From NCBI GenBank assembly GCA_964016885.1, contig OZ024740.1, forward strand, positions 99,634,001 to 99,698,000: a DNA stretch of 64,000 bases. Direction: 5' to 3'. The position numbers and the translations under genes are program-made. Under the pieces are notes generated by a model. That model was given only the letters and a program-made list of their open reading frames with translations, was not told the DNA's origin and did not search any database. This document shows, in pieces, positions 13,061-26,168 of this stretch (position 1 is the first letter of the stretch; each line of letters opens with the position of its first letter). The stretch comes from Eledone cirrhosa (lineage: Eukaryota).

Positions 13061-13724
13061 TGTTAAATGAAAATGGTTGCCATGGTATTCACAATGGCTT
13101 TAAAATACTTGATATAAAATGTTCAAGGTTTTAGTGACAGTGTAGAAGTATATTTAGTGTCTAGAGTTCCTTAATATGAAGGATTGTTGTTTTGTGTGTA
13201 TTATTACTTGCTATTTCAAGTCAATTTCAATTAATTTAAAGAAATCACATACTTTATACTATACATTCAATTAATGAGGTAATCAATCAAAATAAATTAG
13301 AAAACAAGTTTATCCCACATAAATAAGATATTCTAGTGTATGCCACCTAATTAGTTCACTTCTTTAATGATGATTTTAGATAAAATTTACTGCTTTAAAT
13401 GCGTCTTATCTTGATGAAATTCTCTACAATGAACATGATAGTAGCTTTGTGGTGCATCAACATAAAGGGATTTATTATCAAAATAATTTAAATGTCTTAT
13501 GATTTTGTGTTCTAATCTTTTGAGTTAATTTAACTCATCATTATCTAATGAAGCAATAATTTAGTGCAGTGAAAGTGCTTATTCAATCCTTTGTAAGAGT
13601 AGATGTACCATGCCTACACAAATAAGACTGCAATATGTGTCATTATTATCTTTTCACTGGTGTCAATACATATTGTTGTGATTGGAATATATTAAAATGC
13701 ACTTTTACTCTTTTATACTTTAAC

Positions 13725-13960
13725 TGATTTCAGTCATTAGAAATTGGCCATGCTGTTGCATCACCTTATAGGGATTTATTTCTAAAATAGACAAAAGATC
13801 AGGAATTAAATCTACCCCAGTACTTAACTGGTAGTTTATCTTGTTGGCACCTGAAGAATAATAGACAAAGTTAACCTTGTTGGGATTTGAATCTAAACAG
13901 CTAAAACAAATACTACAAACCTTTTTATCTGATAATCTCTCAATTCACCAATCCACACCT
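13725..13960 (-). mobile_element. Degenerate Nin/Deu-domain-like SINE
   Basis: CCCCAGTACTTAACTGGTA..TTTATC....AAAGTTAACCTTG..GGGATTTGAA matches 29660-29730 and 63510-63590. Confidence 0.6.
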
Positions 13961-15957
13961 CTAAAATAATTTCTTACATTAATAGGCACAATGCCATACA
14001 TTTGGAAGAAGGAGTTTGTTAATAGAATTTTCCAAAGTAACTTATGGTATCATAACATATTTTAGCATGTTTTTGTGAAACATATACACCTGGTCCAAAC
14101 TCCCACCATCACTTCCTCCATCTCTCCTGATCTCTCACTATTATGAGCAAATGTGAGCCTACACATTAGCCACCCCACTGCTTTGACAGAGAGAATAGAG
14201 AAGGCATTTCCCTGGAGGATGGTGAGGGAGACACACTGGAAGAGCCATTCCTAGGCAGGATAAAAGACAAATCAATCTTGGTTGTTTCTACACTCAGAAT
14301 GGAACAAATAATTCTAGTTTTCTAATGAATCCTCTAATGACTGCTAATTTAACCCTATGAAAAATAACAATATTAATAATTGTTTCCAAAATATGTGCAA
14401 GTTCAGGGATGTGGCAGGAAGGAAACATTCAATTCAATTGATTCCAAGTTCTTGACTGCTATTTTATTTTAGTGACCTCAGAAGTCGGAAAGGTAATGTT
14501 GCCTCAACAACAAAGGCTAGAAGTTTATTTGCAAACTTGGATAGTTATCCAACTTATTTGAACACTATATAGTAATTATCAGCTAAAATATTAATTCTAT
14601 TATCCAGAAGTTTCTATAAAAGTTGTTAGTGTAAGTCTGTGGTTCTATAGCTGGAAAAATACAAAAAATAAACACATATTTAAAAAAAATGTATCTTAAG
14701 CAGTAATATTATTTTACTAAAAATATATCTTCTCCAAACTTGATATAAAAAAAATTGTTTTGGCTTGAAAAAATTATTGAATATTTTTTATCATGAAGAA
14801 TATAAAAGAATATTTTGGAATATTTACAGTTTAATCAGTTTGGGTAATGTTGTGTTACTGCACAGCACATTAAGTGAGTGCTTTACAATTCAATTTTTTG
14901 TTTGCCATTGCCTCTAGTTGACCAATACCACACCATGTGAGTGGAATTTGACAGGCATTATAAAGAAAAGCCAGCCAAGAAAGCCCTTATATGGTCAGTT
15001 AACCTGGTAGAAATAGTAGGAAAATCTGTTTGTGTCACATCCTACTCCTGCTGTCTTTAAACAAAAGGAGATATTGATTAATGTATTAAGAAATGTGACA
15101 AGACGGTCATAGATAGAATGTTTTTATTCATATGTCTGCTTAATTAGTATTGACCTGGGGCTAAATAACATCATCACCACAACCAATAACAATAAAATAG
15201 AGGTAGTCTCAGGCAGGTTAGCATCAAAGAGGTTAACTACAAATCAAAAACATACAAATAGATAACAAAATATATCCTCAAATATCTGTGGTAAGACAAT
15301 CTATGTCATGCCACACAGGAGAAATAAAGTTTGCAAACATCTACCGGCAAGATAGCCCAGTGTAATGGTAAACAATTGATTTTTCTCCATGTTATCTTCA
15401 ATGAAAACATATGTTAAACTAGGAGAGAAAAATATGGAGGGATATATGATATGAAATCTATCTATCATTACAAGATATGTTAGTATTTTTTGCCTTCAGG
15501 CTAAAGGAAATTTGAAGATGAGATTGTATGTATTATTTCTCAATGTTTAAGTCAACAAGTCCTGAAGTCAAGGGAAGTAATCAAAATAAATAAGAAACTA
15601 GAAACTTAAAAGTATTAATCAAGATACTTTTAATTCTAAAAAAAAGAAAAAGAAAAAGAACAGTAAGCATTAACTGAATAAAAAACTCATTACATGATTT
15701 ACAAGGATTTACTTCAAAGTTTTACCAAAGCTGGTTTCTCATACTGCATGTTATGGCAAAACTTCGAAGTCAATGAAACTTAATAGTAATAATATGTTAA
15801 AGAAGAAAAGCTGTGAAGTTAGATCAAGCTTGTTGATCAACAACTTAAATACTTCAAATAATGTGAGAGCAGTTCAAATAAAAGAGTTAATTTATTGCAA
15901 GTGCATTGGATAGAAAAAATATATACATAAATACATGGATATATATATATATTTACA

Positions 15958-15960
<3 letters not shown>

Positions 15961-16031
<71 letters not shown>

Positions 16032-16047
16032 TACACATATACACACG

Positions 16048-16107
<60 letters not shown>

Positions 16108-16146
16108 TATATATATATACATATAAAGAGAGAGAGAGAGAGAGAG
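15961..16146. repeat. Compound (TA)n/(CA)n/(GA)n microsatellite
   Basis: Read directly from the sequence. Confidence 0.95.
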
Positions 16147-16612
16147 TCAAAAGTGGAGAAGGAGAAGGCAAGAATTGGATAGAGAGAAATGAAAATATTA
16201 TTGGATATTTGAAATAACTGATCTTCTTACAAGTTGTATTGAATTTCCTTTGTTGGAGAGAGATAATCGAGATGTTTAAGGAATGGTCTGTTGTGTTGAC
16301 TAGTGTAATGGAAATATTGAAATATTTTGGTATCACACTGGTTGTGCTCATGTTAACATTGAAGTGAAGCTAAATGATTAAAAACATCTAGGATGATCAT
16401 AACATGATGGAAACAATCTTGATAATTATGATGATGATATATCAGAGATGAAAACAATTAGAATATTTTTGTTGTTGTTTAGTTACAGTTTAGCAATAAT
16501 CAATGTATATCTGATCAAAATGCTTTCCAGTCATGACCATCCCATATTTTCTCACCAAAAAACAATATATATTTATGACTATTAACTAATAAGCACAGAC
16601 ATTGCTGTATGG

Positions 16613-16850
16613 TTAACCCTCTCAATAGCAACCTGCCTAAGACCGTTTTGATACTTGTTCACAACTTCTCATTTTGTTAAATGTTCAAATCTAAATTAAA
16701 AACTTCCAAAATAATTTTACATAAAAATCGTTCTATGTTATGTTCCAAATTCTAGTTTAAATGTTTTCATTAAATATTATACTGTTATTTTTAAAATAAA
16801 TGAAACATGAGTTATATATTTCATTGGCAGTATTGTCAGTAAAGGGTTAA
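16613..16850. mobile_element. TTAA-flanked (piggyBac-type) MITE, old
   Basis: TTAA-CCCT...AGGG-TTAA termini with imperfect subterminal CTGCC/GGCAG. Confidence 0.55.
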
Positions 16851-16890
16851 ACAAGGGAAGACTCATTGAATAATGTAATATGTGATATAC

Positions 16891-17085
16891 TATGTGGGTC
16901 TGCTGAAAGGTTCATAGGCTGACTAAGTTACTCTCAAGAAATAATCCAATGACGTTTATTTTTCAACATAGTTCCTGGCATTGCAGTTATTAATAAGAAT
17001 ATTTGAAATTAAAGCAAGCATGATTTAACAGCTGTAACATCACTCATTCATAGTCAGCCTATGAACTGTTCAGCTGACCTTCGTA
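16891..17085. mobile_element. Tc1/mariner-type MITE (~195 bp)
   Basis: ~33-bp imperfect TIRs: TATGTGGGTCTGCTGAAAGGTTCATAGGCTGACTA and TAGTCAGCCTATGAACTGTTCAGCTGACCTTCGTA, with TA at both ends. Confidence 0.85.
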
Positions 17086-18783
17086 TATTATGGTTTTGTT
17101 ATTTATTCAAGGCAAATATGAAGAGAAAAATGAGTATGAATATGAGAATGACGGGTGAGACAAATCATAAAGAAAGTTAGAGAGTAATGGAAGAAAGACA
17201 GTGATAGCCAGCTACATGTGAGGAGTATATGGAGTGATGAAAGGAGGAGTAGTAAATGTGGAGGAGAGTCATTATCTTTTAACAGTTACAATCTTCTTCC
17301 ACACTCTGCAGCTTTCATAGTCTGTTGTGGTCCCGTGGTCTGGAAATTAGCACTGGCTATCAGTGTGATTTGAATCTCTAAGCAAAATTTGAAGTCAGAA
17401 CATTTAGTGATGGAACAGGTAACATAAAACTTCTCATCTGATATGCAATCATTTCCAACCATCCACTAACATGAACTAGTAAATTATTAATTAACCCCTA
17501 AAAAATGACAAGCCAAATTGACCATGAGAAGATTTGAACTCAGAACTCAGAAATCAGAACTTAAATAGTCAGACACCCTAACTGACACCCTCACAATTCT
17601 GCTAATTCACTAGGAGAGTGACGTACATTACCAGAGTGAGAAACTATCAATAAAAACAACAAATCAAATTATAAATCTAAAATGCAATACCATATCAAGT
17701 AACTTTTTGAGTTTGCTTTAAATTCCTTTAAAATCAATGTATTTTCTTATATAACAGGCACGAAATTGTTTCTTTCAAGAATATGTAGGAATTTATTTTA
17801 CAAGAATAAATTGCATGCTGCTCTTGTACAAATTGTCATTGTGTAATTAATGAGTTCTGTGTTAGTTTTCAATATTGAGATGAAACATCATCATGAATGT
17901 CATCATTGTTGCTATCATCATCATCCTCAACATTATCATCATCACCATCACCAACACTACATTCATCCCATTCATTTCCATCACCCACTTCTATCACCAC
18001 TAACTCTATTGCCATCATAACGCTCACCACCACCGCTATATATATATATACCTAAAAATATTATAATCATCATCAGCATCATTCAGCGTCCATTTTCCAG
18101 GCTAGCATATATATATATTTAATCAATTTAAACATCCGTATATTGCTAGTAAGACATGACAGACACACACATTTGAGAAACAAAAAATAAGATAGACAGA
18201 GATAAGTGAATACAAAAATAATAATAATAATTAATATATATATGTATATATATTTGTGTGTGTGTGGTGTGTATGTGTGTGTATGTATATTATCATTATT
18301 ATATCATAAGCCTTGGGGTAATATTTTTGGCAACATTTACAGTACACTTTGAAAGTATGGAGTACTAAGTTGAATAATCGTCTTAATTTGTATCATTTTA
18401 TTTAGATAGATACATAAATAGATAGATAGATAGATATGCAGAGGACAGTGTGACCTCTTGTAATGGTGTGATAATAAAATGCATACATTACTGTCTGTGA
18501 AGGGCATCCAGCCATAGAAATTATGCCAAAATGGAGCGTTCAAGCATTTAGAGGAGCAATAATTTTAAATACGAAGTGATTTAGATCATAATGACTGACC
18601 AAAGCCATACACACACACAGAATTTGTGTCTGAGTGTGCATGTGTGCATGTGCGTGTGTGTGTGTGTAGGTGTGTGCATACATATCTTTTGGTGATGAAT
18701 ATCAACAAAAAAAAACTGATTAACTCTGTGGTTTCTAACAAAAGTCTGTTCTGTTATATACATTTAGAAATTTCAGCCTTTAC

Positions 18784-19035
18784 TTAACTCTTAACATCCT
18801 GTACGACATAACTCTTAACATTCTATACCACATAAAACCACATTAACAAAGTATCCTTTAAATGTGCAAAACAATACTATGTTTGATTGCATCTCATTAT
18901 AAATTTATGTCTTTATCCTAGTAGCATAAATGTTTACAATAATATGTCTATTATCAAACATACTATAAACATTTGAATTAACAAACCCTATTTTAGTTAT
19001 TATCTGTTAAGACAGTTCTGGATATTAAGAGTTAA
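18784..19035. mobile_element. TTAA-flanked MITE
   Basis: TTAACTCTTAACATCC ... GGATATTAAGAGTTAA inverted termini. Confidence 0.6.
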
Positions 19036-20593
19036 TTACAGAAAGTTATAGATTATAGAATAGCAGCAAGGACACCTGCTCCCCATTGTAATCTGTTCAT
19101 TGAACCTATAGCTTGCTTCTGTTTAGTTAAATGAAATTATATACAGCTGTGTGCTTAATAGTGTAAAATACTTGATGTCAAGTGGCAGACAGCAACGAGA
19201 TTTAAAGGTGATCAAGTAGAAAATATATTATCTTGCTTTCTTAGTAGGAAATTGAACCACTATGTGTGTATTAAGACTTCAACAACTTCAACAAATTTGT
19301 GCTAATTACTCTGCTCTTCAAAATAATCTGCAGATTAACTCTAGGCACAACTAATCAACAGCTTCATAAGCTTTGTCAGAATATATCCCATTCATTGTTT
19401 GCTTCTTTTAATTATGTCTTTCTTTTATGTTTAGTCAGAGAGGAGAGGGAAGAACCCATAATATATTTCAGGGTTACTGAGGCTTGTGAGAGAGAGAATG
19501 AAAGGTAATTTCCAACTAGAGACTGTATACAAATGTTTTCAACAATTTGGACTCTGGTAAAGTCCCCCCAAGGTCCAGGTAGTAGTGTTAAAATTTGTGA
19601 CAGACTAAGTCAACCATGGTGACAGCAGGATTTGAACTCTAATTGTAGAGAATTAAATAAATACCTCCCACAATAATGACACTGTCATTTCACCACCTGT
19701 TTTCTTTTCTTAGTGTGGTGGTTTGACAGAATTGTTACATCAGGCAAGATATCTTTCAGTATTTGTTCTGCCACTTTACAATCTGTCTTAAAATCTTGGT
19801 TAGCTTAATACGAAAGAGTCTAGGTGGTCATTGAAACAGCTAGAATTAACAGCAAAATCTCCTTCAAATTCATCATTTCTTCTTAAATAGTGAAATGATA
19901 CATTTGATAATGTAATTTTACATAGCTCTAGGTTGATTGGCTGGTCATAATTGGAACACCTTTGGTCGTAGATCGGTTTTGTCAGGAAAATTGTTATAGT
20001 ATTAAGTGTTACCTTGTTGTATCTGTTCCTGCCCTTTTGCATAATGAGTTCAAATTCCACTTAGAGATTAAAATCCCAGAGATGGCTAATTTTTAATCAT
20101 TCAAAATAAGACTTTAACTGGTTATGAAAGCTATAATGGGTGAAGAAATATTGTAGCTGTCTGCTACTGCAGTCAAATGATGATGTTAAATTTGAACTCA
20201 TGCCTCATAAACAGATATTTCTTACTTATTTGTTTTGAAAAGCTTATATTCTACTTTCTATTTATATATAATTGAAGAATTTACAACAATTTGTATATAA
20301 AGAATAAATACATTATCAATTGATTTCATTCCTAATATAGTGCCGGTATTTTTTTGAGCTAATGAGGAAGTTAAAAGCAATAAGAAACTTTCTACATGGT
20401 CACACAACCAACAAGAAAAGGAAGCGAAATTTGACTAAAACTACACATTATCTTGAAAAAGGTAGGGATTTATTTATTAAATTACCTATAGACACTTAAT
20501 ACCAAAAGAATGGATGGTTTATTAATCTTTGGAGCATAACAATAGTGGAGGAGTCCGGCATGATTAAAAATCAGTAAACACACACACACACAA

Positions 20594-20596
<3 letters not shown>

Positions 20597-20662
<66 letters not shown>
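20597..20662. repeat. (TG)n microsatellite
   Basis: Read directly from the sequence. Confidence 0.98.
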
Positions 20663-20666
<4 letters not shown>

Positions 20667-20989
20667 CATATATGTGTATATTAGTCAATTGAATTTCAAT
20701 GCCGTTGTATTTTAGCATCGTTTTATATTTTCATTAGTAATTTGAAGACTTCTAGGAATTTCTTCAGGTGTTTATATCATTAAATATTACTATGGTTATG
20801 TTATACAGGTGACATTATCATAGTTAAAAGAAGACAATCTACTATATCTTTTCATATTTTATAATTTATAATTTCAATATGAAGATAATTTTGTTTTACA
20901 TGAGGAAATGGGAGATAACCTATATAATAGTCTTGTTTATTTAACATTACAGTACACAGGTATTTAAATTAAATTGAGTTAAATAAAAC

Positions 20990-21590
20990 TAAATCAGTTC
21001 TAATCAATATTGTTGTTAAATCAGAACGAATTTGAACTTTTCAATGAAACACTTTCCTTTTATTTTGACATTCCTTGAGGCATGAAGTTCATAAAAAGGG
21101 AACATTGAACTCTTTTCATTGCAGCATGTTTTCAATTGACTACTTATTGGAATCTGTCTAACATTAGAGTCAATCTTATGTTGATAGTATACTTAAATTA
21201 TTTATCATTATCAGTTTCCTGTCTGGCCAATGTATATCTTACCGCAATTCAGGAATTTGATACAGTAAATAAGAGTTATGCTTTTACAGTTCAGGTTTGT
21301 ATTTGTAAATACTTTTTTTCTTAATTTTTTGATGATATAATGAACATCATGTATAGATTGATAAGTGCCACAACGATTTTCATTACACATTGTGTATTTA
21401 AATCCTCTGAGCACTTGCATTTATACAATACCCCAGATTGTTTTATACAAAGGTTAATATGTGATTTCAATGGATTAAATCATGGCCGAATAAATTTTCT
21501 CTCTTTACTGATTATTGAACCACATTGATCTTGAAAATTGCTGGAATAAATTTACACACTCAATCTGTCAGATGTTCACCCTTTTTACCC
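20990..21590 (-). mobile_element. Old Penelope-like GIY-YIG endonuclease remnant
   Basis: ORF 21211..21420 has CNENRCGTY...NLNCKSITLIYCIKFLNCGKIYIGQTG, the PLE-type GIY-YIG signature (xIY..C..C...YIGQT). Confidence 0.8.
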
Positions 21591-21601
21591 TTCTTAATTC
21601 T

Positions 21602-24600
21602 ATCATCATCATCATCATCATCACCGTTTTACGTCCGTTCTTCCACGCTAGCATGGGTTAGACGGGTTGTCCTGTTGTGGGCAGTGTCTGGTCGGCTGAC
21701 CATGCCTTGCTCATACAGGAACTGATCTGGCTTGATTTCTACAGCTGGATGCCCTTCCTAACACCAACCTCATTTACAGTGAGTGCTGGGTGCTTTTTCG
21801 TGGCGCCTACACGTCCACTTTACAGTGTGGGCTGGGTGCTTTTTTGCCGTGGCACCTCCACGACCACCTTGCGGTGGGGGGGGGGGCATATTGTTTATAT
21901 GCTTCAGCATGTACCCATGGGAGGTCGGGTACCCTGTATTACTGCGTGACGCCAGAAGTCACGGTCGTGTGTCATTGACTTTGAGAGGTGTAGTTGGGTA
22001 AGGTCGGCTTTTATCACCTCATCCCAAGTCATCTTGGGTCTCCCCACTCCGCGGTTTCCATCAACTTCTAGTGCTCTGCACCTTTTTATGCAGCTGTCAT
22101 CCTTCATACGCATCACATGTCCATACCAGCGTAACCGCCTCTCCTGCACGCAGCATTTGATTCCTCTTATGCTCAGTCTCTCTCTCAATTCATTTATGCT
22201 TTGTCGTTCACGTATATTACTGTTACACATCCATCGGAGCATGCAGGCTTCGTTTCTCTCTAATCTACGTAAGTCTTCCACCTTCAGCGCCCAGGTCTCA
22301 CTACCATGCAACATCGCTGTTCGGATACACGCATCATACAGTCTGCCTTTCATTCTGAGGGAGAAGCCTTTTGCAGCTAGCAGTGGTAGTAGTTCCCTAA
22401 ACTTCTTCCATCCCGTTCTTACCCTAGTTATTGTACTTTCTGAGCACCCACCTCCGTTGCTAATTCGGTCACCTAGGTAGCAGAAGCTGTCTACTGTTTC
22501 TACAGGGCCCTCCCAGAGATTGGTGGTACTTGTTTCCTATGGCTGTTTGCTTGCTGTTTCAGCACAGCTGCTGCATGTGAATCCTACATTCTTAATTAAG
22601 CTTCCTGAGATCCCGCTACATCTCTTGTGTACCCATTGTTTGCATTTGGGGCAAAGAATGGAGTTCCTACCTACACCTTTCCTACATACTGAGCAAGGCC
22701 ATTTCCCTGAGGGGATCTGGGTTCTGTTTTCTCGTCTACTTATAAGGACCTTAGTCTTTGTCATGTTGACTTTGAGGCCCTTTCTCTCTAGTCCCTGCTT
22801 CCAGGTTTGGAATTTATTCTCTAGTTCTACCATAGATTCAGCTATGAGTGCGAGGTCATCAGCATACAGGAGTTCCCATGGGCATCCGGTCTTAAACTCC
22901 TCCGTTATTGCCTGCAGGACTATGATGAACAGGAGAGGGCTAAGAACAGAGCCCTGGTGGACCCCAACCTGTACGCTAAATTCCTCGCTATACTCATTGC
23001 CAATCCTAACTTTGCTGACTGCTCCCCTATACATGGCTTGTACCGCTTTCACAAGCCATTCATCTACTCCTAGTTTTCTAAGAGCCCACCAGATTACTGC
23101 ACGTGGAACTCTGTCAAAGGCTTTCTCAAGGTCGACAAATGCCAAGTAGAGTGGCTTACTTTTAGCTAGGTACTTTTCCTGTAATTGCCTCACAAGGAAG
23201 AGCGCATCAGTGGTGCCTTTCCCTGGAACAAACCCAAATTGCATCTCGTCTATATTCACCCGGTCCCTAATCAGCTGTGCTATAACTCTTTCTGTTACTT
23301 TCATGACCTGGTCCATCAACTTGATACCTCTATAGTTTCCTCTATCTAGTGCATCGCCTTTACCTTTGTAGCAGTTGACAATGATGCTACTGCACCAATC
23401 TTTTGGTATGGCCCCCTCTAGTATTACCTGGTTAACGATACGTGTGGTTATAGTGTGACCTACAGACCCAGATGCCTTCAGCATCTCGGCAGCTATACCC
23501 GATGGACCGGTTGCCTTCCCTATCTTCATATCTCTGATTGCCTTACTTACTACGCTGCCGCTGACTTGTACTGCTGGTCCCTCTATAGGGTCTACGTGGG
23601 GTAGGGTCTCTTCTTCCCATGCATTCTCCTCATTTAGTAATCTATCATAATGACTCTTCCATGCATCTTTCTTCTCAGCACTTGTGAGGGCAAGCTCACC
23701 TTTATCATTCCGGATACACTTCTCTCCAATGACATCACAACTATCTCTGACACACTGCCTCGCAATCTTGAATACCTCCTGTTTCTGGTCCTCACGTTGT
23801 AAAACATGCTTGAATTTTCTATCCTCTGCTTCCCTCCTAGCTAAGTATACTTGTCGCCTAGCTTCCCTCTTGGTCTCTATGTAATGTACCCTGCTCCCCC
23901 CGTTCTTCCATTCTTTCCATGCCTGTCTCTTGGCCTTGACTGCTTCATCTACCTTATTGTTCCACCACCAAGTCACTCTCCTCCTGCTTGAGGTCTTACT
24001 CCAGCCACAAACCTCATCCGTCGCCTCTAGTAAGTTATTTTTTAGGAACTCCCAGTTCTCTTCTACGTTAAATGTCTCTATCTGTTCTTCTTTACTGTCG
24101 TAGGCGTTGAGTAAAATATCTTTAAATCTGTTACTGGTTGAGGGGACTTTCAGCTTCCAGATCTTTCTTCTCCAGGTTGGCCTCTGTTTCAGGGCTCGTC
24201 TAGTTCTGACCGTGAGGTCGCTGACAACTAAGCTATGTTGGGATGTACATTCCTCACTAGGGAAGGCTTTTGTGTTTACGACCGTCCATCTGTCACGTCC
24301 TCTGATGAGGATAAAATCTAACTGACTAGAGTGCTCCCCTGATCTATAGGTGATCAGGTGGTTGTCGGGTTTTTTAAAGTTTGTGTTACATATCGACATG
24401 TCATTGGCGTCGCAGAATTCTAGAAGTCTGAATCCTTCCTCATTCCTTGTGCCAACTCCATGGCCTCCATGTACTCTATTGAAGCCGTCGCAGTGTTTAC
24501 CTACGTGTCCGTTAAAATCTCCTGCAATGATTAGGAAGTCCTTGTCGTCTGTTAGAGCAGTAGTGTGTATTAGGGACTCGTAAAACCTATCCTTAAGTTC

Positions 24601-25243
24601 GTCTGGCAGCCCCGATTGGGGTGCGTAAGCTGATATTATTGTGGTAATTGTCTTATTCAGGACTAGTCTGAGTTTAATGATTCTTGCATTTACCCTGTAC
24701 ACTGAGATTACTTTATCTACCCACTTGTCAGCTAATAGTATACCTACACCACCCATCCCATCGTCATTTCCCACCCAGAAAAATTTGTAGCACTGGCTTT
24801 TTCCTACAAGGACTCTAGCAGACCCTCCTCTCCATCTAGTCTCTTGCACACAGCATACATCAACTTCCTTTCGCTCTAGCATTTCTACGATTTCTCCTGC
24901 TCTTCCTTTCATTGAGCCTACATTGATGGTACCAACTCGGAGTTTTGGGCATTTGTCGACACTCGTAGGGGAGGGTCTCTGGGTTGGCGCTTCACGTGGG
25001 TGCTTGGTAGCTCGCAGATTCATATTTCATCTATTGATTCAGAGTTGCTCGTGTATTCCCAGCTCATCCATCCCTAACGGTGGGAAAATTGAGGGCTAGA
25101 AGGACAGTGGTGGTGGGGTGATGGCAGGGTGTGTTGGGATGCGCCAGAGGAGGAGAGAGTTAGTTAGGCAGGTAGTAGCAGCAGCAGCAGTGGAAATGGC
25201 ATGCTAGGTTTGATTGGTCGAATAGACTATGGTGGTGTGTGTC
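21602..25243 (-). mobile_element. Near-full-length RTE-clade LINE retrotransposon
   Basis: Single long APE-RT frame, ~300-nt 3' UTR ending in (GAT)n at 21602-21623, and ~220 nt of leader abutting a (TA)n tract. No TSD recognised. Confidence 0.96.
21904..25023 (-). pseudogene. RTE polyprotein: APE endonuclease, reverse transcriptase and PHD finger. 1039 codons with one in-frame TAG at 22537-22539
   Basis: APE motifs GTINV, VQETRW, SAYAPQ, AGDFNGH, QLDFIL, SQH. RT motifs NYRGIKL, QFGF, FVDLEKAFD, GVHQGSVLSPLLF, YADD. The frame continues past the stop (ETSTTNLWEGPVETVDSFCYLG...) in frame into ORF 21904..22353. Confidence 0.95.
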
Positions 25244-25260
25244 TATATATATGTATATAA

Positions 25261-25359
<99 letters not shown>

Positions 25360-25474
25360 CATACATATATATATACATATATATGTATATGTATATATAT
25401 ATGTACATATTTATATATACATACATATATATATACATATATATGTATATGTATATATATGTATATATTTATAT

Positions 25475-25541
<67 letters not shown>
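25244..25541. repeat. Long interrupted (TA)n microsatellite
   Basis: Read directly from the sequence. Confidence 0.97.
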
Positions 25542-25542
<1 letters not shown>

Positions 25543-25544
<2 letters not shown>

Positions 25545-25931
25545 AGGTACATGGCTTAGTGGTTAGAGCATTGGCCTTGCAACCGAAAGGTTGTGAGATC
25601 AATTCTCAGACAGGGCGATGTGTTGTTTCCTTGAGCAGACACTTTATTTCAAATTGGTCCAGTTTATTCAGCTGTAGAAATGAGATGATAGGACTGGGGT
25701 CCCTATCATTCCACTGCAAAGTGGCCGTGGAGGTGCCATGGCAAAAAAAAATAAAAGCCCCCAGCTCACACCATAAAGTGTATGTGTAGGCGCCACGGGA
25801 AGAAAACACCCAGCACACACTGTAAATAAGGTTGGCGTTAGGAAGGGCATCCATCTGTAGAAATCATGCCAGAATCAGTTCCCATCCAACCCAAGCAGGG
25901 AAAAGCGGATGTAAAATGAAATGATGATGAT
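25543..25931 (+). mobile_element. Full-length tRNA-derived CORE-type SINE with RTE-derived 3' tail
   Basis: A box TGGCTTAGTGG, B-box-like GAGATCAATTC, CORE-like CCTTGAGCAGACACTT...CAGTTTATTCAGCTGTAGAAATG. Tail 25711-25931 aligns to the LINE 3' UTR (reverse complement of 21602-21876) and ends in (GAT)n. Confidence 0.85.
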
Positions 25932-25935
25932 ATGC

Positions 25936-26018
<83 letters not shown>

Positions 26019-26025
26019 TATATAG

Positions 26026-26168
26026 ATAACAAAGGAGTTGGGCTAAGGAACCAGATGGACCATAACGCACCAGAGTACTCAATACTTAGCGTAGTAGAGT
26101 GGTTAACAGTCCAGAAATAGCCGTCGAAACGGCTTGAGCTCTGCCATCGGGGTCATACATTTTCCTAT
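26026..26168. mobile_element. Short (TA)n-associated repeat with internal inversion (probable pLTR terminus)
   Basis: 26026-26102 is the reverse complement of 40376-40450, while 26113-26168 matches 40315-40371 in direct orientation. Confidence 0.7.

Noticed and set aside
15837-16351. Many [16 protein letters not shown] ORFs here and throughout the window
   Set aside because: Microsatellite translation artefacts.
22034-24583. Plus-strand ORFs of 66-209 aa
   Set aside because: Antisense shadows of the RTE ORF with no recognisable motifs.
25024-25243. Possible HDV-like ribozyme or ORF1 in the RTE leader
   Set aside because: I could not identify the nested double pseudoknot or a convincing ORF by eye. 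The element may be 5'-truncated.
25543-25612. tRNA gene
   Set aside because: No proper cloverleaf or acceptor stem. It is the head of a SINE.
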